From the human T2T-CHM13v2.0 reference genome, Homo sapiens: 64,000 bases of DNA. Made by a program: the position numbers and the translations under genes. The stretch lies in the NCBI RefSeq assembly GCF_009914755.1, contig NC_060936.1. One strand, 5' to 3'. Positions 1-14,240 of this stretch are shown here, piece after piece. The notes under the pieces are model-generated. The model was not told the origin of the DNA. It saw only the letters and a list, made by a program, of their open reading frames with translations, and ran no database searches. The stretch's first letter is position 1. Every line of letters starts with the position of its first letter.

Positions 1-240
1 TCTACAGCATTGTGTTAATTTGTATTAAAATTTGAACTCAGGTTTTCCACACATTTTCTGAGTGCTAACGATGGGGTGAAAGGTGGGGGGAATTCTACCA
101 CATTGACCAGCCTGAAAAACTTCTAATGAAGTGTCATGGAGTCACCATGAGTCCTAGCTCTATATGTGTGTTTATGGCAGGTAAAAACACTTCAAAGGCA
201 CTCATGGTTGAGGAGTAATGTGAAGACACATGTCAGAGCA

Positions 241-655
241 TGTGAACAAAAGTTCTCTGAAAAGGAATTTGGAGGAAAGAGACTTTATTCCAATGAACAG
301 TTTGCAAACAGTGAGATGCAACTTTCAGTGTAAGATGAGGGTACCTTCTAGAGAACAAAGAAAGGGTTCATGTTTTATGGCAGAAGTTCCTGTCCATATT
401 CCAATCAGGTTTGCTTATGCAAATGAAGGATTGAAACTTGCTTAGTTCTGATTTATTGATGCAGCTGAGCTCTGATGGCTGAGGCAGATGAGCCCTGAAA
501 ATCCCTTTTCAAGGTTGCAGGTTTTCAAAGAACTGAGTGCATGCGTGACGTCTAGTTAGCAAAGGGTCTCTTGGCTGTATTTTAAATTCAGGCCCAGTTA
601 GCCACTTGGGATACATCTTGAAGGATTAGTTCCTTCAGGCTCACATTTGTTCACA
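241..655 (-). mobile_element. ERV1 solo LTR, MER67-family-like
   Basis: Termini TGTGAACAAA...TTTGTTCACA form a perfect 10-bp inverted repeat (TG..CA). Flanks agca/ggca are a degenerate 4-bp TSD. Internal 'gactttattcc..aacagtttgcaaac..atgcaaatgaagg..aaacttgcttagttctgatt' resembles recalled MER67 consensus. Confidence 0.65.
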
Positions 656-1103
656 GGCATCTGTTTTGCCAGAACTCTTCTAGCACCATGTGTACATCTT
701 TGAGTCACTTCCATGTTCCATCACTCACTATTGTGGTTTGTGTACATGTTGATTATTTCTCCTCTCTTGTATGTTTACAAAGAGTAAGCACTGCGTTTTT
801 GTAGTCGTTGTTGTTTTTTATTTGGCTTAAACTCAGTACCTATTTGTTGAATTAAATTAAACTGGAGTGGAATGATTCCTTCTATTAAAATACAGCAAAA
901 TCTATGGCAAGAAATAATATTAAAATCATGATTACCATCCTATTGGATTCTTACCATGGCAGAGGAATCCATTACATGTGGCAAACAGATTTCAAGTAAT
1001 ATCATGTGCTTTTGGAATGTTTTGAGAGAGCTAGCAGAGAACTATCATTTGAAAAGAAAGGAAAGGAAAGTAACTTCATCAAAAGGAATTATTCCTCATT
1101 CAC

Positions 1104-1270
1104 TCATTTAATCCTCAAAGAATCTCTCTGAGAGATATTTTTATTCTCAATTTACAGATAAGTAAATTTAAATTTAGAAAGGCTAAACACATTTCTTCGG
1201 CTCATGTAGCTAGGATTTGACCCCATCTTTGTCTACATTCTAATTCTAAGCTTCTTCTACCACTATGCCA
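1104..1270 (-). mobile_element. MIR SINE remnant
   Basis: 'tcatttaatcctca..tttacagataagtaaa..taggatttgacccca' MIR core pattern. Confidence 0.65.
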
Positions 1271-3106
1271 TGTTCCCTAAAAAAGAAACATCTTATCTGT
1301 GCTCTTGTGGCATAACTAAGTGTCCATTTCAATTTAATTTTCCTAAAATATCACTAACCAAGCCATCTTCAGAAAGAGGAACTGTAAGATACTGACTTAA
1401 TAGTATTTCAGTCAAGAATACAAGAAGAATTCAATGGCTTCCCTCTACCTATTGATGATTGACTCATTTTATAGGTGATTACGGGGAGTCAGAGTGGCAC
1501 ATAGCTCACAGACAGCTGCCTCTTGCCTTTTTCCATGGGTGCTCTGAGATTCTACTCCTGCTTCTGGGTTATAGTGAGTAAGAGCATTCCTCAGTAGTGA
1601 TGGTGGAGGCAGAGGTGCTGAAACTGGCCTCCTCTCCTTCTCTGTGGTTTTGATGGAATGAAATAGTCAGGGAGAAGTGGAAGACAAAGAAGGAGAGTCA
1701 AGTAGATCATACACAGGATCCTGCTGTAATAGAGAAAGATGATTATCCTTGGCCATGAGTTGTCTTTTGGGGGAAAAAAAACAAGAAAAAGAAATGCAAA
1801 GGGGATATTTCTCTACCCATCACACATCCTATCCCTCACTAAAATATACAGTAGTTAGCATATTCATTTCCCAGGCACAAAAACAAAAGGCCCTGTATAA
1901 TTATTTCATAATTAGCTGGTAATTACTATGTCATAAGTGAATATCCATAAATGTTTTTAGACCGTCCAGCCTACTTGGTAATTAGACCTGGAATTCTTAA
2001 GAGAACCTGGGATCTTTGAAAATGCTTTCCAGCAGTATTTGTTATTGGTGCCATATGAAACAGAGTGTGACTGAAATGCACTATGACTTTTGCAGCATTT
2101 TGGTTTTTAGGCAGCATCCCCAGGTATGCATGAGGGTTGCCAACAACTATGTCTGTGAGTTGTTTTAACTGAAATCACTAATACTACATACTGATTTAAA
2201 GTAAGTACAAATTTTGGATATGAAAACTAGATCCATATATTTCCTCTTCACAATCACAGTAAATAACTTACATCCTCCTGCATGAGTGAAGAACCAGGGG
2301 AGGTGACCAAGTATAGGTACGAGAGAAGAGGGTGATGCCGGTTTGTCAATGACGAGGAACTATATTTTTAATGAGGTCACTTCCTCTGAGGTTTTCTATC
2401 AATTCAGATTGAAGGCTTCAAGTGTGGGGCAATCATTTTGGAAAACTTGAATACAGTAGTAAAATCAATTTGTATTCAAATACTGCCCAGAAGCATTTCG
2501 AGTATAAAGGGCATCTCTTGTTCATCTCTGCATGTATTCTCTGCTACCCATTATCCAGGGCTTATGACCCTGTGGTTACTGACTGTACTAACTTTTTGTG
2601 TATTGTTCAGTTGAGAACAATAAATAGTTTTGGCATAAATGAAGGAAAGAAAGAAATGAGAAAATCCAAAGAAACCAATATTTACAATAGGAAGACTGAT
2701 ATTTTGAAAGTCAATGGCTTAAACTTTTCTAATTTACAAATAAGGGTTGAAAACTAAATTTACTTGCAAAATTTGCAACGTGACAAAAAATGAGGAGATA
2801 ATCTCTAAATCCACTTTTTAAAAGTAAAGAATTAAGGAGGAGACTGATGAACTCTTTTCTGGAATGCTTCATTACTTTTATTTCAAGGTAGGTTTCTTTT
2901 ATCTTGTATCTTAGGTGTTTCAAATCATTTGTTTTACCAGATTTTGAGTTCAAAGTGATATCAGCATCTGAGACACTGTAATTACATTCTTGTGGTAACT
3001 TTACCACTTTTCAAGATATTTATTATTTTCTACCAATAAGTTATAGGCTAATAATTCGCAATTTGTTGATTCCCTGGGAAGGCAAACCTGTCTCCTCATT
3101 TCTCTA

Positions 3107-4266
3107 CAGCAGAAATTCTCAAGCCTTTTGGTTTCAGGATGTGCTTAAAAAATGTTTGAGGACCTCAAAGAGCTTTTGTTTAAGTGGGTTATATAATATT
3201 TACCATATTGGAAACTAAAACTAAGAAAGTTTAAAATGTTCATTTCTTAATGCTTTAAAATAGAAATAAGAAATCCATTACAGATTAACATAAATCACAT
3301 ATTTTAGAATTTTAAAAAAAAGGTTATGTTTCAAAATGAAAGCTGTAGTGAGAAGATTAGCATTGTTTCATAGCATGGCACAACTTTTAAAGTTCTGGCT
3401 TGATAGAAGACAGATGGATTCTCATATTTGCTTCTGCATTCAATCTGTTGTGATATGTTGTTTTGGTTGAATTATATGAAATTGAAAGAAGAGGAGTATT
3501 TTTTAAGCTTTTCAGGTAATTATGGATATGATTTGATACTATCCCCAAACTCATCAAGTGTTAGTTTCTTAAAGGTTAGTTGCAATGTGGAATCTGGAAC
3601 CATGTCAATGAATTTTTCATGCTCTATTATATCAAAATCTATTGATTAAGCTTCTATTTTTATACATTAATGATGTATAACTTGAGTTTCTTTTTTTGTT
3701 GTTGTTGTTGTTTTGTTTTGTTTTTGAGAGATTGTCTACCAAATGCTGAAGTCTGAATAGTTTGTCTACAATGTGGTCTTTCAGGTAATTTTTTATTGTG
3801 TTCTGGAAAAAGTGTTGCAAGTTCAGTTCACAAAACAAATTAAAAACATCATGGAACTTGTATTTGGTATAACCTTCCTACTTCAATATGTAGCCTTCAG
3901 AAATACATCCCATTTCATCAAGTATCAGAAAGTCTAAGGAGTTCAGATTTGAGATTGCATAAAATTAAAAATGTTTACTGCTTTATCAATGTCATTCTTC
4001 AGTGAAAGACATGCAACATTTTCGGTTGCAAATGTGTGAGGATGAGCAACATAACTCCCAGTACAGATGGGTGGCACTGCTTTAATTTGTGCTAAGGCAC
4101 AAGCAATTTTACCCATCATTGCCTTTGCAATATCAGTGCAAATGTCAACTCAATGAAAAGGCAAATCACATCTTAGTATTAGCTTGAAAACAGTTTTTAA
4201 CTCTGTAGGCCCTTGAAAAGGTCTTGGGAATCTCAGAGAATCTAGACTATACCTTAAGAGTAGCTG
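3107..4266. mobile_element. hAT-Charlie DNA transposon (Charlie4-like)
   Basis: Starts 'cag..ttctcaagccttttggtttcagga..gaggacctcaaagagcttttgttt' and ends 'aaaaggtcttggga..ccttaagagtagctg', matching recalled Charlie4 ends with degenerate CAG..CTG TIRs. Confidence 0.6.
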
Positions 4267-7029
4267 TTTGATAAAAACTAAATGTTAAAACAAGATTAAA
4301 TTCTATTCACCAAATATGTTCTAAGCATGGATTCTGTAGAGAGAATGGTTCATCAAAGAGAAATACTATGATGACATAGTCTTTGTATTCAAGCAATATA
4401 CCACTTGAGAAACGGCCCTGTTGAGCTGTGCTTTGATTTAAATCCACATTACCTTAAAAGCCTCATAACTACCTTAAAAGATGTTTCCTGTTTTAATGAA
4501 TTTACACACAGTGAAAAACAATGAGGTACACAAATATCTAGTTGATGCGAGTTTTGAGATACGTACAGTTGTGTTGATGATAGAGCTCGCCATATGTAAT
4601 ACAGTGTGGATGTCTTGAAATAGAGGCCTGCACTACATGTCGGGGCCATCACAGGAAGAATTTGGATTGATGGAATCTGGATTGACTGAGCTGTCTGAAA
4701 ATGGTTCTTCCCAACGGAGAGAAGGGCTGCCTCTGCAAATCAATCATTTGCTATCCCAGAATGGCTAAAGTTATCTCTCCTGACTCCCCCAATTGCACTC
4801 ATTCCCTCCCCTTGCCTCCACCCCAAATTTTAGCTGTAATTCATTCTTTGTCTGAGCAATGAAAAGAGCAGTGTATTTCTTTCTTTCTCAGTAACCTGAT
4901 CTTATGCATATATATGCATCAGACAAAATAAGTGAAACTGAGCTTCCAAAACTATGTTAAACTTCACTACAACCTTTCAACACAGTCCCCTTAGAAAACA
5001 TTTCCTCCTCTGTGTTCTTCTAATACTACTAAATAGCTATGGGGCAATGGAACACAGTTATTAACACCAATAACAAAAAAAAGGTCATCCTTTGATTCTC
5101 TCCATTCCAATTTTTTTTTAAAGTAAGACATATTGATTTCACATGGCAGCAGATAAACTAAATATTAAAAGTCTCTTTATTTTAAGTTGCTGTGATTTAT
5201 TTGGTTTCATATAATCCTCAGGTTTCTGTCTTTATATTAACTTACTGCATGTTTATATCTTTCTGATAGAGGTAAGTGATTCTTTAGAAACACTATGGAT
5301 CAATTCTGACAACCTCTCTGCATACACACCACATAATTACATATACATATACATATAGTGTGTGTGTATATATATATACCCACATGCACTTAACATACTT
5401 ACGTGTTTGAATGACAAAATGATTTGGGGCAGTCACAATATGAACTATTAGGTGTTGATAATTTTTTGTGGTTTTTGAGGATAGGTATTAGGCCTATTCT
5501 AACCAAGAATACTTAGTCATTTCTACTGATGAGTTGGTATCATGAACTAACTCATCAGTGTAACTGGGCCATGTTGTAGCCAGGTCCCCCAAAGAAGTTG
5601 ATTGTTTAAGAGACCCGAATATCCTCCACTTCTAAGGGATTACCTCTGGTTAGTTTTGATATAAACATGGGTGGGAAATTCCCTTGGTTGTTTTTTCTCT
5701 ACTTTATTCATTCTGAATAAAGAGACATCTAAGATCCTGTTACTCCACCAGTATTTTGTAACTTAAATAAAAAAAAATATATATATATATGTACTTTACA
5801 ATAGAGGTAGACAGATGAAATATTTACCATAGTAAGATGAGCCAATCTTTTTGTTCTCTATTTATACGCTTATATTCTCCACCCAACTCTTTCTCAAGGG
5901 ACTGCTCAAGATCATTCACAGAAAAACAAGGCTTTGATTGTTGAGTTTGGCTTATTCTGCTATTTAGAAGGTGTGACAATTTTATTCCTGAAATGAAAGA
6001 GACAGATTTTGTAAGCCAGAACACACAAGGGAAATCCACTTTCCTTGAAAAGTCTGGCATCTTGTTAACCTGGCACTTAAGGCAGTTCTACAAAAGGTCT
6101 ACTTTCCATTTCCACCCAGAGTCAAAGAATTTTTAAAGCAAGTTCAGAGGCATGGCTGCACAGATTGAAACTGGAATCTTCAAGAAATGAAGAGTATGCA
6201 TCCAAATTCTCCACTGCTCAGATTTTCTTAGGAACATCCTCTGCTTACCTGGTACTCCCTCTGTGTTTGAGGAAAACCCCAAAATATATTAGAAACCTTT
6301 ATCTTTGTGTGATAGATAACTAGAAACAACTGGCTGATTCCTCTTGTCTACCAATACCAACATACATTTTTGCCCTAGAATATTATACCACCTTTTATTT
6401 TTCAACCTGGCACTGCTGTGGGTTTTCTCACACTTAATTTGGTATATTATCATCATATCTTCAAATAGAAGAGATAGATGTTAATAATTCACCTTACATT
6501 TTATAGAACTTCAAAGATTGTTGAAAGAGTCTCACATATTAAGTTATAAGAAATATCTCAGAACATCACTAGGCATTTTATCAGCAACTATCCTGAAAAT
6601 GTTGGTGATATTTGACAAAACAACCTCTATAGCTATCCAATCCAATATCTTTGTAACTTGTCCTGAAAAACATAGCATTTCAAGCAATTTATTAATATAT
6701 TATCCAAAATAATACATATAGGAATCCCTTATTCAAAGCCATAAACGATAAGGTATTAATACCTAAATGTACTTTAAACACGCATCACTTAAATATTTTG
6801 GGAGAATGACTATGGTCGAAATATCAGGAATGTAATAACAAAGTAAGCTCAGGAGGCATTTGTACTGAGGCTAATATTTGATGGATAACTGAGGCAATTT
6901 TATCAGTATCCTTTTGCAAGGGCATTAAAACTCAACTAAGATTCAAATTTTAGATCTTTTTTTCTTAATATAACATCATTCTGTGTAGGCATTTGATTGT
7001 GGTAGAGTCTAAGTGACACCAATTCAACT

Positions 7030-7707
7030 AAGTCAGGAAACAACAGATGCCGGAGAGAACGTGGAGAAATAGGAATGCTTTTACACTGTTGGTAGGAGTG
7101 TAAATTAGTTCAACCATTGTGGAAGACAGTGTGGCAATTCTTCAAGGATCTAGAACCAGAAATACCATTTGACCCAGCAACCCCATTACTGGGTATATAC
7201 CCAAAGGGTTATAAATCATTCTACTATAAGGATACATGCATGCATATTTTTATTGCAGCACTATTCACAATAGCAAAGACTTGGAACCCACCCAAATGCC
7301 CATCAATGATAGACTGGATAAAGAAAATGTGGCACATATATACCATGGAATACTATGCAGCCATAAAAAGAATGAGTTCATGTCCTTTGCAGGGACATGG
7401 ATGACACTGGAAACCATCATTCTCGGCAAACTAACACAGGAACAGAAAACCAAATACCATGTTTTATCACTCATAAGTGGGAGCTGATCAATGAAAACAC
7501 ATGCACACAGGGAGGGGAACATTACACACTGGGGCCTGTCAGGGGGTGTGTGGCTAGGGGAGGGATAGCATTAGGAGAAATACCTAATGTGGATGACAGG
7601 TTGATGGGTACAACAAACCACATGGCACATGTATACCTATGTAAGAAACCTGGACATTCCTCATGTGTATCCTAGAACTTAAAATATGCTTAAAAAAAAA
7701 AAGAAAA
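7030..7707 (+). mobile_element. 5'-truncated L1 (L1PA7/PA8-like), ORF2 C-terminus + 3'UTR + polyA
   Basis: Translates to WKTVW..DLEPEIPFDPA..MIDWIKKMWHIYTMEYYAAIK. 3'UTR 'ggctaggggagggatagcattaggagaaatacctaatgt'; A-tail at ~7692-7707. Confidence 0.92.
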
Positions 7708-8374
7708 GTGAAATCACTAAAATCAGTGTCAAGCAAATGTTTTGATGGACATTCTTCAAGTGAATTGACTAAGTTGGCTTGTTTGGCCAACTCCTGTTTC
7801 ATGTAGACACATTCTAAGAGAAAAATAGCCCTACTTATTTCCTTTGGCATTTATCAGGGAAATAGGTTCCTGTAGTCGAGTTGTTCTCCAGTAATAGAGC
7901 AGCTAATAAATCTAACCCGAAGACTCGTCTTAGGATACCAATTATTCCAGAGTGTTTGAATCTTGTTTTTATCCACTTGCAGTTTATAGCAAACTTGGTT
8001 TTTTTACCATTCATAAATCCCTACTGCTCTTCTGTTCTTGGCTGTATATGGATAAAATGTGGTGCTCACTGAAACTTTAGAGTCTCAAAACATTAACTAC
8101 AATTTCAAGCATTTCAACATTCCACCATCCTAATGGTTTGAACAGTTGCTTTTTAAATCTCAGTCACCCTTCTTCACTGTTTAGGCAGAATTCTCACAGT
8201 CTTCCTAAGACTCATTAACCAATCAAATCAATGCAAAAGCAAACTTTTGGTTCTAAAAAGGAGTTGTAACACAGCAACTTTTCTTTATTTTCATGTTCCC
8301 AAAGAAGTGGGAAACTTATTGCATTTCAGCTGGACAAAGCTCATCTCATTAAAGTCATAGCTTATAAAATATAT

Positions 8375-9103
<729 letters not shown>

Positions 9104-9149
<46 letters not shown>

Positions 9150-9162
9150 TATATATATATAT
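9104..9162. repeat. (CA)22 followed by (AT)n microsatellite
   Basis: Read directly; sits at the right end of the Tigger2 element. Confidence 0.97.
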
Positions 9163-10069
9163 TTTTAAAGATGAGTTCTGAGACATAAAAGTTGACTGGT
9201 AAGACTCTCTGCTTTCACTGCAGTCACTATCCTGTGAACAACTCTCTTATCACAATAATACCATACAACATCCTATTGATATAATGATTCTATATACCAG
9301 CAATTCCCTTTCTTCTTGCCTTAGAAAAGAATTCCATATGTGAGCCCACCAGTCATTTCAGTGGAAGTTCCAAGTGGTTTGGATAAAACAAGATCTTAGT
9401 TGAACCTTTGCCTTAAACTGAAATTGAACCTGGATCATGTTTGAGGTTCAAAAAGTTGAGTTAACTTTTTCCCCTTTATTTTAATTTTTGTGCATCTCTG
9501 CACTTCCTGGTTTTGGTTGGGAGTAGAAACCAAAATACCACAAGAAAAGCTATTCTTGTTGCATTTCCAGGCTTTCAAAGCCAAAAAGCACTAGAAATCT
9601 TATGAAGAAAACAGTTCCCACCTAATTTCTAGCCCCAAAAGGTTCAGATAAGTTTGAATAAACTTTGGATAATGTTGTATCTATTACTTGGAGAATACCT
9701 AAGACAGGCAGTGGTAAAATAAAAATGCTTTAAGATTATAGAAAGAGGGAAGGAAATAAGATGATAACAAATTGGACATTTCTTCAAATTAAACTGAGGA
9801 CATTATCATCATCTAACCATGGTTTTTTCATCGCAAGGAAAAGCCAGCATATCATACATTTTGGAAGAAAGATTTAAACTTAGCTTTTAACTTCTTAAAG
9901 GTTGCCATTTACAAAATACTCCACATTTTGATCACTGTCTTAATATTATTTAAAATGAATCGCCAAAAGCCATTTTAAGATAACTCCACTTGTTACATGA
10001 GGAATCTGTGGAAATAAACTATTAAAGCTATACTGATGTTTCTTGAGCTTCATTCAATGCCGTGCAATA

Positions 10070-10360
10070 ACTTTTCATTTATTCAACAAGTATTTGTTGA
10101 GTACTTAGTATGTGGGTAGAGTGCAAACTAAAGTTCTGGAGAACTAATAATGAGTATGTTAAATACTTTCCCTCAATAACTCATACTCTGGTGGGAGATA
10201 GTGTCAAGTGAATGAGCAGAATCTAACAGAGTTTGCTAAGGGCTGCGTTAGGGATAGGCAGGACAGATTTGGAGAACTTGTAAGGCAGTCCGTATGCTGG
10301 CCTGGTGCTCATGTAGATCTTCTGAAAGAGCTGAGGTCTAAAAGAGTAGGAGTGAGCAGG
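10070..10360 (-). mobile_element. L2 3' remnant
   Basis: 'tcatttattcaacaagtatttgttgagtacttagtatgtg..ctggtgggaga' typical L2 3' end. Confidence 0.55.
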
Positions 10361-10714
10361 GTGAAAAACCCTTTCTCTGAACTCCAAACATTTCCCTTGT
10401 GTCTTACTTTTCCAGGGATAACTTGACAGAATCAAAACCTGGCAACACGAGAAGTCAAAAAGGAACAACGGGATGGTGAAGGCAAAATGGTGACTCAAAA
10501 TTCCAGACAAGAGATTGCGGAGGGCAAAGGTCAAGTTGGGAAGATGGAGAAGCACAACATCAGGAGTATCTGACAACAGTTAAGAAGCAGGTACTTGGGA
10601 GCTGGGAAAAGCCTGAGCTGGGGAAGATGGTTTTGGGAAAAGAGGTCCAGCCTCTCTTTAGACTCTGCAGGAACAGATTTATTATTATTATTAAAGTTAT
10701 TATTTAACACAGGT

Positions 10715-10940
10715 TGGTGTTATGGAAAACCATAGGCTTTGGAGTCAGACAGATACAATTTTAATTCCTGGCTCCATATCTCATGTATCTGTGGCTTTGA
10801 ATAATGTGCTTTACTTAGCGTTTATGTGATCAGGATAATGATATCGCCACCTTAGGGTTCATATGAGAAACAAATGAGATTCATTATGTGACTGTGCCTA
10901 CCATGATCTCGGGTATGTAGTGATGCTCAGTAAACAGTAG
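10715..10940 (+). mobile_element. MIR SINE
   Basis: 'ggctttggagtcagacaga..ttaattcctggctcc..aaatgagat..gtagtgatgctcagtaaa'. Confidence 0.7.
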
Positions 10941-12464
10941 TAACCTTCCCTCTTACTTCAAGTACTGACCATTTGGCCTGTGGACAAAATGTCCCTCTGA
11001 GCAGCAAGGCACTCAGGTTACCAACCCTTTAGCTGTCTATCCTTAGAATTAGCATTTTCTCTCCTTCCTCACTGACACCTTTGCTGTTGGAGTTTCACAG
11101 CTGTTGTTACACCCCCAAACACCAATGGTGGTTAGCTCATTTTAGAAATGAAGAAACATGATCAGACTGGTTAAGCAATTTTCCCAAAGGGATAACTGAT
11201 AAATTATGGCATTAGATGAAAACCTGAGGCTACGTGAATCCAAAGTTGGTGTTCTTTCCAGCCATCCCCTGTCTCTGTGTAACATGTAAGAGGTACATCT
11301 ACTGGGAAACTGATTTTGTAGTTTGGAGTCTGGACAGCAAAACAAATTCCAGGAATTTTGCATTGGGAGATCCCATTTTGAGAGAGGTTAACATACATTT
11401 CCTTATTCTACCAATGTAGTAAAAACAGAATAAAGAAAATTTTTATAATCTTTACTAGCAACTTGGAGGGTTGAGAGCTAAGCTGCTCCCTACACTTTTG
11501 TCCAGTCAAGTGAGTACTTTGTTCTTAGAAGATAAATGCATATCTGTTTAAAGATATTCTATATAAGCTGGTTCAAGTATTAAAAATATGCAAGGCAAAT
11601 AGTCCAACACTCAGTATTCTTGCCAAAAAAAAGAAGGAAAAAAAAAGGCTTTACCCTGAATACAGACAGCTCATATGTTGACCACCAGGGCAGATCTGAA
11701 ATTTAAGTCTGTCTGAATTCATTGCTTGAATTTGCAGCTTTTGCCCTGAATTTCTCAGCTCATTTGTAGAGAAGGAGAAAGTTTATCATCAATAGCACCA
11801 GGATTTTACCATTTTCTTCTCACAGAGATGGGTACTTTGTACAAGGAAAAACATTTTAATTCTCTAGATTTCGTGGCTAAGAGATTGCCACAATAGAGAG
11901 AGATATTCATAAACAGATGAAATAACATTATCTTTTGTTTTATCTGTATATTAGGATTGCCTAGATTCTTAAAATGAACTCTCTCCTGTGAAAAGACTCA
12001 TTCAGTTTTCCTAAGGAAAACCTTTAATTAAAGATACACTCATAGCTGTCTGTTTGCCAGAAACTGCAGTTTCAGGTTTCTCCAGGGGAGGATGACCACA
12101 AATGCCACTCATTAGCCTAAATTAAAGCACCCATCTATAGCTGGTATTTGAGGTTGAGCCATATACAAATAGAATTAGGGCCAGCCTTTAACAAGATGAC
12201 TCAAAGAAGTGCCCTGAGTTCTGCACTGGGCAAGGACTGTCATCTACAGTGAACTTCCTTGGTTTTGTGGTATCCCAAGCAGAGTGTTTTGTGGAAAGAG
12301 GGGAGATGATGAAAGAGTCAAGGGAGGAAATTGCTTTTCTTATGTGGAAGTCTCAGATCCTCTGCATCCTTTTCTCATACCATTTACCTGTTTTGACCTG
12401 ACTTAAAATAAAAATTTCCCTATTTTATACTAACATTTAGATAGAATAATAATGAAAGGTACAA

Positions 12465-12882
12465 ACTATGGGCTGAATTGTGTCCCCCTCCCCAAATTCA
12501 TAAGTCGACATCTTAACCCCAGCACCTAAGGATGTTACCTGATTTGAAGAGAGGGTCTTAATAGAGGTAACTGAGTAAAGTGAGGTCCTTAGGATGGGCC
12601 CTACTCCAATATGAGTGGTGTCCTTATACAAAGGGAGAATTTGAACACAGAAATATGCTCAGAGAGAAGATGATGTGAAGACAGTGAATAGGTGGCCCTC
12701 TGAAGCCAAGCAGAGAGGTATGGAACATTTTTTCTCACATCCCTCAGAAGAAACCAACCCTGCTGACACCTCAATCTTGGACTTCCAGCCTCCAGAACCA
12801 TGAGATAATAACTTCCTATTGTTTAAGCCACCCTGATTGTGATGCTTTGTTATGATAAGCAGCCCTTAAAAATTAATATACA
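12465..12882 (+). mobile_element. MaLR solo LTR (MLT1B-like)
   Basis: 'tatgggctgaattgtgtcccc..ccctgctgacacctcaatcttggacttccagcctccagaaccatgaga..gtttaagccacc..aatataca'. Confidence 0.85.
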
Positions 12883-13110
12883 GTACTATTTGCTGTCTAC
12901 TTACTGTGAGCCAAGTACGGTCCACTTGCTTTGTATTCATTATCTCATCTAATTCCTACAAAAAATCTATTTAGGTGGTTTGTTTCTAACCTAATTTATA
13001 GATGGGGAAACTGAAGCTCAGAAAATCTAAGTAATTTACTCAAGGTCACATATTGCAAGTGGCAGAACAAGGATACCATCCCAAAATGTTTCTGAAATCC
13101 TTGTGCTTCC
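12883..13110 (-). mobile_element. MIR SINE
   Basis: 'tttatagatggggaaactgaagctcaga..aagtaatttactcaaggtcaca' MIR core. Confidence 0.75.
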
Positions 13111-14240
13111 TAATTCCAAAGGGCTGATACTAAACTATGTCAAAATAACCTTCATATATCACGTTGTTAGGGAATTTGTTCAGTTATGAGGACAGTTTAG
13201 CATAAACATAATTTCTTTGAAATGAAAACCTATGGTAGTTCCCCAAGTTTGCTTTGTGGTAGAGATTCAACAACACAAATGTGAAGATTTTAGAAGAACA
13301 ACAGTTAAGAAAAACAAGGCCTCCAGTTTTAAGTTTTTCTTTTCTTTGCCAGAGCTATCTCTTTAAATGCAATATAATTGTTATGTCTTCCAAATAAAAA
13401 TTTAGTCTATGATACTTTTAAAGTAAATTCTAATTGCAGATATTTGTTGATTAGTCCTTCTGAATTTGTGATGTGCAATTCTATTAAGAACAATGAATAC
13501 AATAATTTAGCTGGTTTGAATTTGTTTTCATATGATTTCAGGTGTAAATTCTCTCACTGAAATACAGTTGAATGTGTCACTGTAGATCTAATAATACTTG
13601 CATTCACTTAATCTGATATATATCATATATATGATACATATTGAGTTAAATTTATAAATTATACCTAAAAATTTGCACATATAATTAATGACCTGTTTGA
13701 CATTTTTCCTGACATCTTCTATATCTCCTGTTTTCTGTGCTTTCTGATTGTATTTTTTCCGACTTTTTGTCGGAACATTTGATTTTTCTTTACTCTTTCT
13801 TTCTTCTAATGGTTTGAAAATTATATATCACATTTCTATTGTATCTATAAATACACTTAGCATTTAGTAAAAATGTTTATTGAGAACATTGAGTGAGCTA
13901 ACTGCTTATCCCTTTTCCTCTTTAGATTTTAGGCTCACCAAGAAACAGACATAGAATCCTGTTAGAAATTAAAAGTGGATTGGAGAAGAAACTGATGCTG
14001 AGGCTGAAACAAGGCTTCTCACCTCTCTCCTACAAATTGAATATACCCATGTAAGAAGAGAAGCAGAGAGAAAGGGGGTTGCCCAGGTGAGCTAACCTCT
14101 TGGTTAAATAGGAATGTTTAACAGCAGCAGGAAGCAAAGAGTGCATGAGCAACTTCCAGCCATGAACAGAACCATTAATAGCTTCTACCCAGCCTCATGA
14201 ATTAGATAAAACACCCTGAGGTTATTTCAAGACCTTTGCA

